This document shows positions 39,047-48,669 of a DNA stretch of 64,000 nucleotides, one piece after another. A model generated the notes under the pieces. The model was given only the letters and a program-made list of their open reading frames with translations, was not told the origin of the DNA and made no database searches. The DNA comes from a virus, in the IMG/VR virus record IMGVR_UViG_3300047476_001402, positions 26,384-90,383 of that record. The stretch is one strand, 5' to 3'. The translations under genes and the position numbers were made by a program. Position 1 is the first letter of the stretch. Each line of letters opens with the position of its first letter.

Positions 39047-39826
39047 TCAGTCCTTTATAGGAAATTCAAACATAGAAAGATGAAATAATTCATCATCTCC
39101 GAAACCTTCTAGCCATACTGCACACCAAGAAGAATATGCTTCGCATCTACTAACTGTATAAATTTCTCCCATTCGTAGCTTTTCTTTCGCATTTGCAATA
39201 ACATTAGTATAATGCGGAAAGAATCGCCCTTCAGCCGTAAGGAATTTTACCTTATCACCGGTTTTAGGCCAACGGGGATCATCTTTCGGTGGTGCCCGAA
39301 AAAATTCATATAACTCTTCCGAAGTCGCAGTCTCAAAGTTGAGAGAGTTGATAGATTTTCGAGTAGGTACAGGTTTTATCCAATGTTCCTGAGATTCTAC
39401 TAATATTGCCGTTGGTGATTTGCGTCTATCCAAATTTTTCTGGGTTCCTGATTTTTCTTTACCCTTACGAACCCATGCAATATCATAAGTGCTAGCCTGT
39501 GTCATCGCCGCATCACGGGAATCATCGTCCTCAAATCCGCCCATCAACTTTGCAGATGGCACTGTATTTCTAGGAGAAGTGAACATATGATACACTGTTA
39601 TATCAGTAACACCTTTCTCTTCTAGATATTTCTGTGCCATTGCATCTACGCCATTCGCATCACCAATAAGAAATTTATGGTTTTCTACAATAGCTTTATC
39701 TAAGAGAGGAATGTAATGTGTATCAAATTCTTCTTGTGAAATTCTGATATGTCCTGAAACGAATGCGGTTTTTCTCATCCATTCACCTTGACATCCAATA
39801 TTGGTTTCCGTATTTAACTCTTTCAT
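39047..39826 (-). CDS. SLOG-like N-terminal domain fused to unknown domain
   Basis: AFVSGH, F.IGDA.GVD.MAQ.YL, RDAAMT..S, SGT..N. Confidence 0.65.
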   Translation of the reverse strand: MKELNTETNIGCQGEWMRKTAFVSGHIRISQEEFDTHYIPLLDKAIVENHKFLIGDANGVDAMAQKYLEEKGVTDITVYHMFTSPRNTVPSAKLMGGFEDDDSRDAAMTQASTYDIAWVRKGKEKSGTQKNLDRRKSPTAILVESQEHWIKPVPTRKSINSLNFETATSEELYEFFRAPPKDDPRWPKTGDKVKFLTAEGRFFPHYTNVIANAKEKLRMGEIYTVSRCEAYSSWCAVWLEGFGDDELFHLSMFEFPIKD

Positions 39827-40251
39827 TTAAATATATCTATATTCTCGTAAATGTTTCCTATAACTTTGTAACCATAACTACTATAAACAATGGGCAATTC
39901 TTCGTATAATTTTACACCATTAAAAGTTTGCTGAATAGGAGTATAATCGATTTCAGGATTGTCTATTTTTCTGAACAATGCCCATTGTAATTGTTCATAA
40001 ACACTCATTGCAACTACGGCAGGCGAGCAATACTCTTCATAACATACAGTATTCTCGACTATGTCTCCTTCATAGATTTCCTTACCAGTAGAATCTTTTA
40101 TACCGATATATTGATGAAATTCAAATCGTTCATTATCTTCAAATAGAGATTCATAAAAATTGAATGCGATTCTCTTTATATCCATCCCCACACCCTCGTT
40201 CCAAAAATGGGAAAATTGTTTATCCCATACTCTAAATTTTAACTCTCTCAT
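39823..40251 (-). CDS. YopX-family protein
   Basis: MRELKFRVWD, QYIG.KD..GKEIYEGDI, VIGNIYEN. Confidence 0.88.
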   Translation of the reverse strand: MRELKFRVWDKQFSHFWNEGVGMDIKRIAFNFYESLFEDNERFEFHQYIGIKDSTGKEIYEGDIVENTVCYEEYCSPAVVAMSVYEQLQWALFRKIDNPEIDYTPIQQTFNGVKLYEELPIVYSSYGYKVIGNIYENIDIFK

Positions 40252-40466
40252 AATGCTGTTATCTTTAAAATATCTTTTATCAAAGTCTCCAACTTATCTA
40301 TTTCTCTGATATATTCACCACATCCATGATAATCGGTTTGTTCACATTCCCAACATTCATGGGCAGGTTTTACTATATTATTCGTCACGGGACAATCGTT
40401 GTCACCATATTTACAGCCACAAACCTTACAACAATGTGTTCTATGAACTTCGAAATTGTTTATCAT
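40248..40466 (-). CDS. Cys-rich small protein
   Basis: HCC..CGCKYG..DCPV. Confidence 0.55.
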   Translation of the reverse strand: MINNFEVHRTHCCKVCGCKYGDNDCPVTNNIVKPAHECWECEQTDYHGCGEYIREIDKLETLIKDILKITAL

Positions 40467-40746
40467 CAGAGGGATGTTTATAATCGGGTTTTAAATAATC
40501 AGGATTCAATCTGCGGATTTCGTATAATACAGCATGAACTATTTCCATCTTAAACTGTGAAACGTCATTTATAAGATAGACTGAAAGAAATATAGAAATT
40601 GGTTCAGAATTTATAGTCATTTCGATTCTCGGAGCAAAATCGAATGGTCCGATTCTTCGGACATATCCGACTTTACCTACTACATGCTCTTGGATATTTT
40701 GTATAATATCTTCTATAGTTTTATAAGACTGTTCCTTCGGTATCAT
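40441..40746 (-). CDS. Hypothetical protein
   Basis: ORF. Confidence 0.5.
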   Translation of the reverse strand: MIPKEQSYKTIEDIIQNIQEHVVGKVGYVRRIGPFDFAPRIEMTINSEPISIFLSVYLINDVSQFKMEIVHAVLYEIRRLNPDYLKPDYKHPSDDKQFRSS

Positions 40747-40749
40747 TTA

Positions 40750-40828
40750 TGGTACAGACGAAGGGACTTGAACCCCCATATATCCATTACGGTTTTAACT
40801 CGTTAGAAGCGAGAGCCGATACGCCTGC
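40750..40828 (-). tRNA. Non-canonical tRNA-Arg(TCT) lacking a normal D arm
   Basis: GCAGGCG/CGTCTGT, CTCG-CTTCTAA-CGAG, T arm and CCA; only about 8 nt between acceptor and anticodon stem. Confidence 0.75.
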
Positions 40829-40835
40829 ATTTCAC

Positions 40836-40910
40836 TGGTGCCTCCCTTGGGACTCGAACCCAAAATGCGAAATTCGTAGTTTCGCGTGATATCCATTTCA
40901 CTAAAGAGAC
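40836..40910 (-). tRNA. tRNA-Arg(ACG)
   Basis: CGAAA-CTACGAA-TTTCG; CCA. Confidence 0.88.
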
Positions 40911-40918
40911 CTTTTAAA

Positions 40919-41008
40919 TGGCGGAAAGTTAGAGATTCGAACTCTGGACACCTTTTTGAAGTGTATTTGTTTTCCAAACAAACTACTTAGCCAACTAGTT
41001 TACCTTCC
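40919..41008 (-). tRNA. tRNA-Ser(GGA)
   Basis: TTTGT-TTGGAAA-ACAAA, long V arm, G73. Confidence 0.88.
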
Positions 41009-41018
41009 TTTTAAAATT

Positions 41019-41108
41019 TGGTGCGTTAGGTAGAATTCGAATCTACTAAGGTTCTTATGTTTCTGGGTTACAGCCAGACGCGACACACTCCAACTTCGCC
41101 GCTAACGC
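41019..41108 (-). tRNA. tRNA-Tyr(GTA)
   Basis: TCTGG-CTGTAAC-CCAGA, extended V region. Confidence 0.88.
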
Positions 41109-41119
41109 ATTTTAATTAC

Positions 41120-41347
41120 TTACAACACTATATCACGTTTTCCAAAGACTGCAACCATATTTCTTAAAGAAATTTCATCTTTTATCTCTTTTATGCCATC
41201 TGAAATACTTTTATTATGAGCAAAATCCTCCTTTGTTTTTGGAAAATCAATAGTCGAATAGAAAGCAGCTTGTTCTCTAGAATGTAATAATGATTCTAAT
41301 TGTTTTGTATTCAAATTCTTGATATTATTTAGACCTACTGGATTCAT
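41120..41347 (-). CDS. Hypothetical protein
   Basis: ORF within tRNA array. Confidence 0.45.
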   Translation of the reverse strand: MNPVGLNNIKNLNTKQLESLLHSREQAAFYSTIDFPKTKEDFAHNKSISDGIKEIKDEISLRNMVAVFGKRDIVL

Positions 41348-41367
41348 ATTATTGTATAAATATTGTT

Positions 41368-41859
41368 ATGACTTTCAACGAACTATATTCTTTATATATC
41401 ACAGAATCAAGACCATTCATAGGTGAATATGAATTGAATATAGATAATTTACGCAATCTTCTGGATAGAAATGGTTGGATAAAAATAAAAGATAGATCTA
41501 TGGGGAAAAATGTTAATTTTGCGCAAGAGTATATCAAACCTATTATCGATTTTTTAAAAGAAAATGGAGAAGATGTCGATTTTAATTTAAATAGACATTC
41601 TTTGATGGGAACCGAATGGGAATATGTCATAAGAAGAAATATTCAGAAAGAACCGATTCCTGAATTAGAACCTTGGGAGTTGACCAAGAAACGATTAGAA
41701 AAACAAAGAGTTCAGAGAGGGTTTGCACACCCAGGTAAATCAGCTAGTATCATGAACAAAAAGGTAGAAAGACAAAAATCATATGGATATCCTACCGACA
41801 ACACCTTTGGATATGGTCTAAAAGATTCAACTGGTCGTCCCAAACATTTGGGAAAATAA
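41368..41859 (+). CDS. Hypothetical late protein
   Basis: TATAAATA upstream; N-terminus MTFNELY...ITE. Confidence 0.65.
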   Translation: MTFNELYSLYITESRPFIGEYELNIDNLRNLLDRNGWIKIKDRSMGKNVNFAQEYIKPIIDFLKENGEDVDFNLNRHSLMGTEWEYVIRRNIQKEPIPELEPWELTKKRLEKQRVQRGFAHPGKSASIMNKKVERQKSYGYPTDNTFGYGLKDSTGRPKHLGK

Positions 41860-41862
41860 ATT

Positions 41863-41937
41863 TGGTGCTTCTGGATGGAATCGAACCATCTTATAAGGTT
41901 TATCGGACCTTCGCTTTAGCCATTAAGCCACAGAAGC
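41863..41937 (-). tRNA. tRNA-Ile(GAT), C33
   Basis: AAGGT-CCGATAA-ACCTT; CCA. Confidence 0.88.
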
Positions 41938-42126
41938 AATTAATATTCTCTCTTAATTATTTTAAACTTTGTAAGATATGCAAGAATACATCTTAACATA
42001 TGATATAAACAAAGTCCAATAGTTTCTTTAACCTTCTTCATTACCAATTTTTAAAAATTTTATAAAATACACATATAATTAAAAAAGCAAATAATATATT
42101 TAGTTCCATATTTATCTTTCAATTTT

Positions 42127-42381
42127 TTAATCATTATAATACCAGTTCTTGAATTTAGTTATATATTTAGAACAGTGTTTACCCACTCTTGTCGAGAACT
42201 TCTCTATAAGGCAAATATATATTGCACAAAGTATAATTGTAATTGCAGTTATGGGAATGAAACTCATACAGATCGGCGGAGGAGGTACGCCTTCTTCGAT
42301 TTTCGGCCAGCTTTTTCCCACGAACAATGATATAATCGTAAGAAGAATATATGATATAAGAATTATTAAAAATGTTGTCAT
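42127..42381 (-). CDS. Small membrane protein
   Basis: Starts MTTFLIIL just after tRNA-Ser; two hydrophobic segments. Confidence 0.45.
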   Translation of the reverse strand: MTTFLIILISYILLTIISLFVGKSWPKIEEGVPPPPICMSFIPITAITIILCAIYICLIEKFSTRVGKHCSKYITKFKNWYYND

Positions 42382-42389
42382 ATTTTGTT

Positions 42390-42478
42390 TGGAGGAAGAT
42401 TGCGATCCCGACTCGCATACCTTTTCAGGTACATATTGTTTAGCAAACAATTCTAGTGCCCCGACTAGTTAATCTTCC
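42390..42478 (-). tRNA. tRNA-Ser(GCT)
   Basis: ATTGT-TTGCTAA-ACAAT, long V arm; atypical T-loop GTCGGGA, U73. Confidence 0.82.
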
Positions 42479-42748
42479 AATTTTTAATCTGTTATCAATG
42501 TTATCAAAAACCCTAATAAAATAAAGGGGATTGCTAATAGAAAAGCTGTTGCGACCGTTGTCTTCAACAGCCCTCCTATAATAATTCCGAATATAGCATA
42601 TCTCCAGGCATCAGTCAATAAATATTGTATCATTTCTTTTTAATTATAACCATTCCCGAATCTTTCAGCCCCCACACTCGTAATACTCTATCAGATATAA
42701 ATGCAGGAGGACGTTCCGCAATTATTATTCTTTCTCTTAAAGGTTTCA

Positions 42749-43039
42749 TTATCCTATCCATTCTATAAATGTTGAAGAATTAGCTATAGTATTCATATGC
42801 TTTAAAGAAGTCTCTCTGTCATCTAAATTGATTGGATACTTCTCAACTATTACAGATTCGTCTATAGGATCATCTTCACTATGTATTTTAAATCCTAGAA
42901 AATCTTCTATATCTTCCAATGCTATATAAGAAAATATAGGATCATCACCTTCTACTCTTTTCCTTTTATAAAAAATAAGTGCCACACCTTCTTTATAATA
43001 ATTTTTGTTCTTATCAAAGAACTCTTCTGTATTATTCAT
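42749..43039 (-). CDS. Hypothetical protein
   Basis: ORF. Confidence 0.5.
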   Translation of the reverse strand: MNNTEEFFDKNKNYYKEGVALIFYKRKRVEGDDPIFSYIALEDIEDFLGFKIHSEDDPIDESVIVEKYPINLDDRETSLKHMNTIANSSTFIEWIG

Positions 43040-43121
43040 ATGGAGGTCAATTTACCACACATAGACTTATAATGCAACTTATATGTCAGAGTTTATTAAA
43101 CGATTCGAATAAGTATCTTAT

Positions 43122-43838
43122 ATGAATATCCAAATATCCCAAAACGACATAAAACTCTATAAAAATAACATACCATGTAAATGTGAATACTGTTCGGAGA
43201 TATTTCATATATCAAATTCCGACGCATATCGATCATTTAAAGGAACTATAAATCGATTATTCTGTTCGAGAAAATGCCAAGGTGCGTACAAAACATTAAT
43301 CAACACCAAAGCATGTGTATGTGCAAACTGTAATATAGAGATTAGAAAGAGGAATTCTGCATCCAAAACCATTAATAATTTCTGTTCACAGTCTTGTGCG
43401 GCCATTTTTAATAATAAAAATCGAACACCTGTAAAATATTGCAAAAATTGTCCCAACATATTACATTCAAATAGCATCCAATATTGTTCATTACAATGTC
43501 AACACGAATATAGATATACAAGAGATATTGAAATGTGGAAAAATGGAGATATTACAGGGATTGGATGTGAAAAATATTTAACCATAAAACCCTCTATAAG
43601 AAGATATCTTCTTGAATGTGCGGATAATAAATGCTCGAAATGCGGTTGGGGTACCGTTCATCCTTCGACAGGTAGAATTCCTCTTCAAATAAATCATATT
43701 GACGGAAATGCGGCAAATAGCAGTCCGAATAATTTAGAAGTGGTGTGCCCTAACTGCCATTCTCTTACATCTAACTTTGGCTCATTAAATAAAAATAGTG
43801 CTAGAAAATATAGATATAATACCGACCAGTCTAACTAA
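43122..43838 (+). CDS. HNH homing endonuclease with repeated Zn modules
   Basis: Three CxxC...(F/Y)CS..C repeats; LQINHIDGN..N....NL...CPNCHS. Confidence 0.88.
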   Translation: MNIQISQNDIKLYKNNIPCKCEYCSEIFHISNSDAYRSFKGTINRLFCSRKCQGAYKTLINTKACVCANCNIEIRKRNSASKTINNFCSQSCAAIFNNKNRTPVKYCKNCPNILHSNSIQYCSLQCQHEYRYTRDIEMWKNGDITGIGCEKYLTIKPSIRRYLLECADNKCSKCGWGTVHPSTGRIPLQINHIDGNAANSSPNNLEVVCPNCHSLTSNFGSLNKNSARKYRYNTDQSN

Positions 43839-43843
43839 TTGTA

Positions 43844-43922
43844 TGGTGGAGCTATAGGGATTTGAACCCTACTGATATTTTCATTGCAAGTGAAACGACC
43901 ACGCCAAGCAGTCCCTAGCCCC
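43844..43922 (-). tRNA. tRNA-Ala(TGC)
   Basis: GGGGCTA/TAGCTCC (G3:U70), TTTCA-CTTGCAA-TGAAA. Confidence 0.9.
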
Positions 43923-44086
43923 TTTTATTTTTACTTACTTATATTCCCCAATCATCTCTTATAGAAAAAACTAAACCATTTGCCAAAAGATCTTTGCCTT
44001 CTTTTCTAAGCTCTGCAACCTCTTTCCATCGAATATCTTCATAATATCCAGAAGATTGTGCTTTTTCATGTTTTTCAAAAATATCA

Positions 44087-44320
44087 TCAGGGTCTTTCAT
44101 TCCATCTTTCTCTTTCTAAATAATGTCTTTTTGATAAATGTGTAAACTTTCCGTAACAGCTTCTACCAAAATCTTTCTTAAGATCATTTGTTTGTTTGAC
44201 TTTTACTGGTGTTCCTGCCATCAGTGCTCTTAATGTTGCATCAGGAACAGGGTCTTCCCAACCTAATCTTTTCGCAAGATTATAGGCTTTCCTTTTGTGA
44301 AAATCTTTTTGCTTTTTCAT
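44087..44320 (-). CDS. Hypothetical basic protein
   Basis: ORF. Confidence 0.45.
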   Translation of the reverse strand: MKKQKDFHKRKAYNLAKRLGWEDPVPDATLRALMAGTPVKVKQTNDLKKDFGRSCYGKFTHLSKRHYLERERWNERP

Positions 44321-44747
44321 TATAAGCTTCTACTAACAGATCATACAACAACATGTTCGGTAATGCAAGCTTTTTTCCAAACTCTATCCACTTATATTCC
44401 AACACATCCTCTAAAAATTTACAAACCGCACCACTTCTAGACACTCCTGCCGCACAATTTACTATAATGTTCTTATCTTTATTATCAAGTATAAACCTTA
44501 CAATTTTATGTGCAATTTTTCGTGTAGGTGGGAATAACCCATTTGCTTTATCATCTTCATGAACCTCTTTCAAATCGTGAAAACATATTTTAAGTTTTGC
44601 ACATTTATCAAGTGTTTCATTTTGAATATGTTGAAAACTTTTTTCCGGTTCCCCTATAGAAATCCATGCAACTTCGGTTTTAAAACTTTTCCAATCTAAT
44701 TTAGATTCCTTTACGGCAATCCTAGGCAGATTTAGAGTTTTTTTCAT
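44280..44747 (-). CDS. Tyrosine/dual-specificity phosphatase-like protein
   Basis: CAAGVSRS (Cx5R) loop, F.D, PN motif. Confidence 0.8.
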   Translation of the reverse strand: MKKTLNLPRIAVKESKLDWKSFKTEVAWISIGEPEKSFQHIQNETLDKCAKLKICFHDLKEVHEDDKANGLFPPTRKIAHKIVRFILDNKDKNIIVNCAAGVSRSGAVCKFLEDVLEYKWIEFGKKLALPNMLLYDLLVEAYNEKAKRFSQKESL

Positions 44748-44760
44748 ATTTTATTTTTAA

Positions 44761-44846
44761 TGGCGGTTCCTAATCGCATCGAACAATTAACCTTTCAGTC
44801 ACCGTGCTTTTCAAGAGCACTTGAGGAGCCAACCTCGGTAGGAACC
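44761..44846 (-). tRNA. tRNA-Ser(TGA)
   Basis: GTGCT-CTTGAAA-AGCAC, long V arm, G73 CCA. Confidence 0.85.
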
Positions 44847-45020
44847 ATATCTTCTATTTACACTCTTCTTTTTTCTTCTGAAAATATTCAACTATATTAT
44901 TTTCCAACTGTCGTTGTTCTTCTTGTTCTACAATATCCTGTGCATTAAGAAAAGTAGCAAAAGAATTTGGTGGAAGATTAAAATATTCTGATAATGTTTT
45001 CATTTTTTCTCCATAATTTT

Positions 45021-45127
45021 TGGTGGACTATATGAGATTCGAACTCACTCGGGGTTGCGCACTCCCTTTCCGATTGCATCATCAGAATCCCCTCTGATTA
45101 ATAACCTCGATGTTAATTAGCTAGCCC
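45021..45127 (-). ncRNA. tRNA-like RNA with G3:U70, no D stem and no anticodon (tmRNA-TLD-like)
   Basis: GGGCTAG/ATAGTCC-A-CCA; GTGAG-TTCGAAT-CTCAT; TCGAGGTT/AACCCCGA helix enclosing two hairpins. Confidence 0.7.
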
Positions 45128-45132
45128 ATTTA

Positions 45133-45729
45133 TTACTTTTTCTTTAAATCGTTCACAAGAACATTCCATTGCCGAGTTAATTCAAATGAACTACATAAAC
45201 CATGTGATCTATGCTGTTCTGCGAGTTTACTGCTCATATTATTTCCAATCTTTATAAGAGTATTAATTTTTTCTAAATATTCGGAGAAATCTTTAATCGA
45301 TAATTCTGTTTTCATTTTCTATCTTTTTTGCAACACATTTACCTTTATTATCAAATACAGAAACTTTAAATCCATGTGCAATCGCATATTCCCATGCTTG
45401 CAGTAGATATTCTCGATACTCCACGCTCATTTCTATGAGTTCATCTCGGTGCCTATCTCTAAGGGTATCGGTATTTATGTCTTTAAAATATTTCATAATT
45501 GTTTATACCAGACACTTAATTTCCAATCAATAGGACTATCGTTAATAGTCTCGATAATTTTCAAATATTTTTGATTACCCATTGCGACACCACGCTTAAC
45601 TGGATATTCATAGACATTGACTTCTACAACATCCATTCGCCACTGTAAACCGTTGTATTGTTTTACAACATAAATTCCAGTATTACGTATATGTCCTATA
45701 CAATAATTGTCCGTATCCTCGATTTTCAT
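45133..45729 (-). other. Three small hypothetical ORFs (45133-45315, 45293-45496, 45493-45729)
   Basis: Overlapping co-oriented ORFs. Confidence 0.5.
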
Positions 45730-45732
45730 TCT

Positions 45733-46455
45733 TCAAATTACTCTAGATTGTGCTATTGTCAAGAACTGTCTCACTTTTTGTAGGTCAAATTTATCTTCTG
45801 TCCTCAACCAAGTCTCTGCATCAATCCAAATCGGAACCTCGATAATCTCGTCCAATTTTTGCAACTGACTCTCTAGGTTCTCAACTGATAAACCTCCTGC
45901 ATAACCCGTGTAAACACCATCCAAAGGCAAATCCCATTCAGAAGGTAGAACCCCCGCACCATGAGATAGATCATAAAGAGCAGAAATGTTACTAATACCC
46001 ATAAGATCAAGTTCATGAATATAGTTATTCACTTTATCATACTGTGCAATAAATTGGATATTCTGGTTATATCCGATGTTTTGTATCAAAACATCTAAAT
46101 CAACTTTATGTTTCTCACCATGAGTATTAATTTGAATACGATCAAACCATTCAGGTTCAAGGTACTCTACAAATGTTAGGCCATGTAACCAATTCTTCTG
46201 TAAGATTTCATTTACATATTCTCCACATAAATGTCCAGATAATTTTAAACTTGCTCCTCCTTCAGTAAGGCGACATTTTTCGAGCTTATATAGCCAATCT
46301 CTAGATGGAAACCTATTCGATTTTCCTGCCTGTCTTTTAGACAGAAGAATGCCCCATTCAACAAATGGAAACTCTTTTTGAATTTCCGCCATTTCCTCAA
46401 TAGAAGTATCATCAGATGCTCCTGTTACTGTTACAGTTTTTAAATATTTTTTCAT
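45733..46455 (-). CDS. TrpF (PRAI)-like TIM-barrel phage protein
   Basis: VTVTGA.D, VEWGILLS, SGHLCG, RIQIN, LYD.S.G.G, GYAGGL, WIDAE. Confidence 0.65.
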   Translation of the reverse strand: MKKYLKTVTVTGASDDTSIEEMAEIQKEFPFVEWGILLSKRQAGKSNRFPSRDWLYKLEKCRLTEGGASLKLSGHLCGEYVNEILQKNWLHGLTFVEYLEPEWFDRIQINTHGEKHKVDLDVLIQNIGYNQNIQFIAQYDKVNNYIHELDLMGISNISALYDLSHGAGVLPSEWDLPLDGVYTGYAGGLSVENLESQLQKLDEIIEVPIWIDAETWLRTEDKFDLQKVRQFLTIAQSRVI

Positions 46456-46677
46456 TGTTTAAATTCTTCCAAAGAAAATATCAATATTATCGGGATATTT
46501 TCTCCATTGTGTTGTTCTCACTGTTCGTTTTGTTTTACACCATTTACACTCTTCATAATCGTCATGACATTTACTGGTTTGTTTAATTAACTTAATTGGT
46601 GAATAACACCTTTCACAAACCCATGCAGGCCATCTCTTTAAGATTTGAGTATCGTGTAAAACATCTCTCATTAAATT

Positions 46678-46752
46678 TGGTTCCCTTGGACGGTAATGCT
46701 CCGTCTTAGATAGCGTCACAAGCTATGAAATTACTTTTATTATACGAAGGGA
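46678..46752 (-). tRNA. tRNA-His(GTG)
   Basis: ATAGC-TTGTGAC-GCTAT; T-loop AGCATTA; acceptor register irregular. Confidence 0.75.
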
Positions 46753-46762
46753 TTTTTAAATT

Positions 46763-46838
46763 TGGTAGGCTCTACAAGATTCGAACTTGTACTTTGAAAT
46801 CCAAAATTTCAAGTGCTAGACCATTACACCAAGAGCCT
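46763..46838 (-). tRNA. tRNA-Gln(TTG)
   Basis: TGAAA-TTTTGGA-TTTCA; CCA. Confidence 0.88.
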
Positions 46839-46846
46839 ATTTAATG

Positions 46847-46917
46847 CATGTCCCAAACGAATTGAACGCTTGATTACAAGGTTGGAACTTGTCGTGTTAC
46901 CTCTACACTAGGGACAT
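46847..46917 (-). tRNA. tRNA-Trp(CCA)
   Basis: ACAAG-TTCCAAC-CTTGT; G73; CCA not encoded. Confidence 0.85.
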
Positions 46918-46926
46918 ATTTAAATC

Positions 46927-46955
46927 ACTTTACACCATCTACTTATCGTTGTCAA
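46927..46955 (-). promoter_or_regulatory. sigma70-like promoter of tRNA sub-cluster
   Basis: TTGACA-17-TAAAGT. Confidence 0.65.
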
Positions 46956-47319
46956 ACTCTTTTAACAAGATATTTCTCATATACTCAATTATCTTATGCC
47001 GATTTTCTTTAAACTTTTTAAGAGTTTGCTCCGCCTGTTCTTTTGTTACAGAGTGATCTATATCAGACGGAAAATATGGAACAGCCCTTATTATCTTATT
47101 TTTCATCTAATATAACTTGTCCAAGTTTTCGGATTTCATCTTTTAAATTATTGCCGGTTGTTGTCGCCTCTATGAGGGCATTTGGTCCAGCTTCTACATC
47201 AATATCATATATAATAATATTTCCTTCGGCGCGAACACTCTCACTGTCGAAAATTTTAAAACATATCTCCGTATGAAAAGGATGTTTTATTTTAGATGAT
47301 ATTTCTGTTTTCACTATTT

Positions 47320-47394
47320 TGGAGGTCAATTACGGACTTGCGCCGTACTATTCGGAGTACAAAACCGAAACATCGCTATCTATGCTTATTGACC
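47320..47394 (-). tRNA. tRNA-Thr(TGT)
   Basis: TCGG...TTTGTAC...CCGA; T-loop CGCAAGT. Confidence 0.82.
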
Positions 47395-47883
47395 ATTTTC
47401 AACTTGATGGATACTATGTCTAGTTTCCCTCTCTGCTACATCTTTATTTACATTACCAATATACCAAATTCCATTTTTTCTCTTATTCCATAATCTTTTT
47501 TCATTAATAATACGCTCAAATATTCCATCATCGGAATCACTGATAACAGGATTTATTGCATTCCATGCATATTTCCCATATGCAATAAACAATGTAATTG
47601 TTTCTCCATGTAACTTATCTATTCTATGATATGTCTTATTACTTCTTAATATAAGATCTCCCGCTGTATATCTCCTCTGTGATAAAACATCATTGTCTAA
47701 TATCATTTCGGTGTATCCACCTCTCAAAATTATACTAATATAATGAAAAGGATGATTATGAAATAAACTAGTCTTGTCTTCACTTGTTATCTTATGTATA
47801 CGAATATGTAATTTTCCAATTTTTAATATCGTAAAACGATGTAAAAAATCTTTAATATTACTATAAGGTTTGAATAACTTCAT
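47386..47883 (-). CDS. Cupin-like protein
   Basis: LFHNHPF..ISIILRGGY.E...YHRI. Confidence 0.6.
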   Translation of the reverse strand: MKLFKPYSNIKDFLHRFTILKIGKLHIRIHKITSEDKTSLFHNHPFHYISIILRGGYTEMILDNDVLSQRRYTAGDLILRSNKTYHRIDKLHGETITLFIAYGKYAWNAINPVISDSDDGIFERIINEKRLWNKRKNGIWYIGNVNKDVAERETRHSIHQVENGQ

Positions 47884-47903
47884 ACAATATTATTATTAAT
47901 ATT

Positions 47904-47982
47904 TGGTGCGGTATGTCGGAATCGAACCGACTAAATCCTTCGCATTGGAAGTGCGACGTGCGACCATTTACACCTATACCGC
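47904..47982 (-). tRNA. tRNA-Gly(TCC)
   Basis: TCGCA-CTTCCAA-TGCGA; CCA. Confidence 0.88.
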
Positions 47983-47990
47983 AATATAAT

Positions 47991-48052
47991 TATCAAAGAT
48001 AGGATTTTAAACCTATATAGCCCGAGGGCATCTTCCATTAGATCACTCTGAT
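47991..48052 (-). ncRNA. Anticodon-less mini tRNA-like RNA
   Basis: ATCAGAG-TG-ATCT-AATGGA-AGAT-GCCCTCGGGC-TAT-ATAGG-TTTAAAAT-CCTAT-CTTTGAT-A. Confidence 0.65.
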
Positions 48053-48060
48053 ATATCTAC

Positions 48061-48669
48061 TTACTCAAACTTTCCTCCATCTACAAACTGTTGCCACTCT
48101 TCTCTCATAAATTTCATAGAATATGAATTTTTCGGTTTTTCTGGCTTCTTCAAAAGTTTCAGACCACATTCCTTTGGAGTTCTATCGCCCTTCCAGATAT
48201 TTAGAGCCTTCTGACATGTTGCAAGGTTTTCCCAAGTGTTTTGCCCACCTCTAGAAACTGGAAGAATATGATCAATGGAAATGTTATCCCTTGTGAGCTT
48301 TTCACCAGTATATAAACAAGTCCAATTATCGCGATCCCAAATATTACTCTTAGTAGGAAATACCGCCTTCTTGTTGACAATCTTATTAAATTTAGAACAC
48401 ACCACGATACTTGGCATACGGATACTTCCTTTAGAAGTTTTCACGTATTCATCATAATCTCTAAGCGGTAACTGTTTCCAAGATTCAAAATCTTTAACAA
48501 CTTCCATACTTACGATTTTTTTACGATCTACATTTCCCGCCTCATCAACATCGTACCAAACATCTAAAGGATGAACCGCACCAGAAAAGATATTAGTCAT
48601 AGTATCTTTCCAAGATTCTGTTCCGATAGGATAAAATCCCCTATTTAATTTTAATACTTCTTGTTTCAT
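48061..48669 (-). CDS. HNH endonuclease (McrA-like)
   Basis: VL.LN..F.P, NIWDRD.WTC.YTG, IDHILP.SRGG.NTWENL.TC...N..KGDRTP. Confidence 0.88.
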   Translation of the reverse strand: MKQEVLKLNRGFYPIGTESWKDTMTNIFSGAVHPLDVWYDVDEAGNVDRKKIVSMEVVKDFESWKQLPLRDYDEYVKTSKGSIRMPSIVVCSKFNKIVNKKAVFPTKSNIWDRDNWTCLYTGEKLTRDNISIDHILPVSRGGQNTWENLATCQKALNIWKGDRTPKECGLKLLKKPEKPKNSYSMKFMREEWQQFVDGGKFE

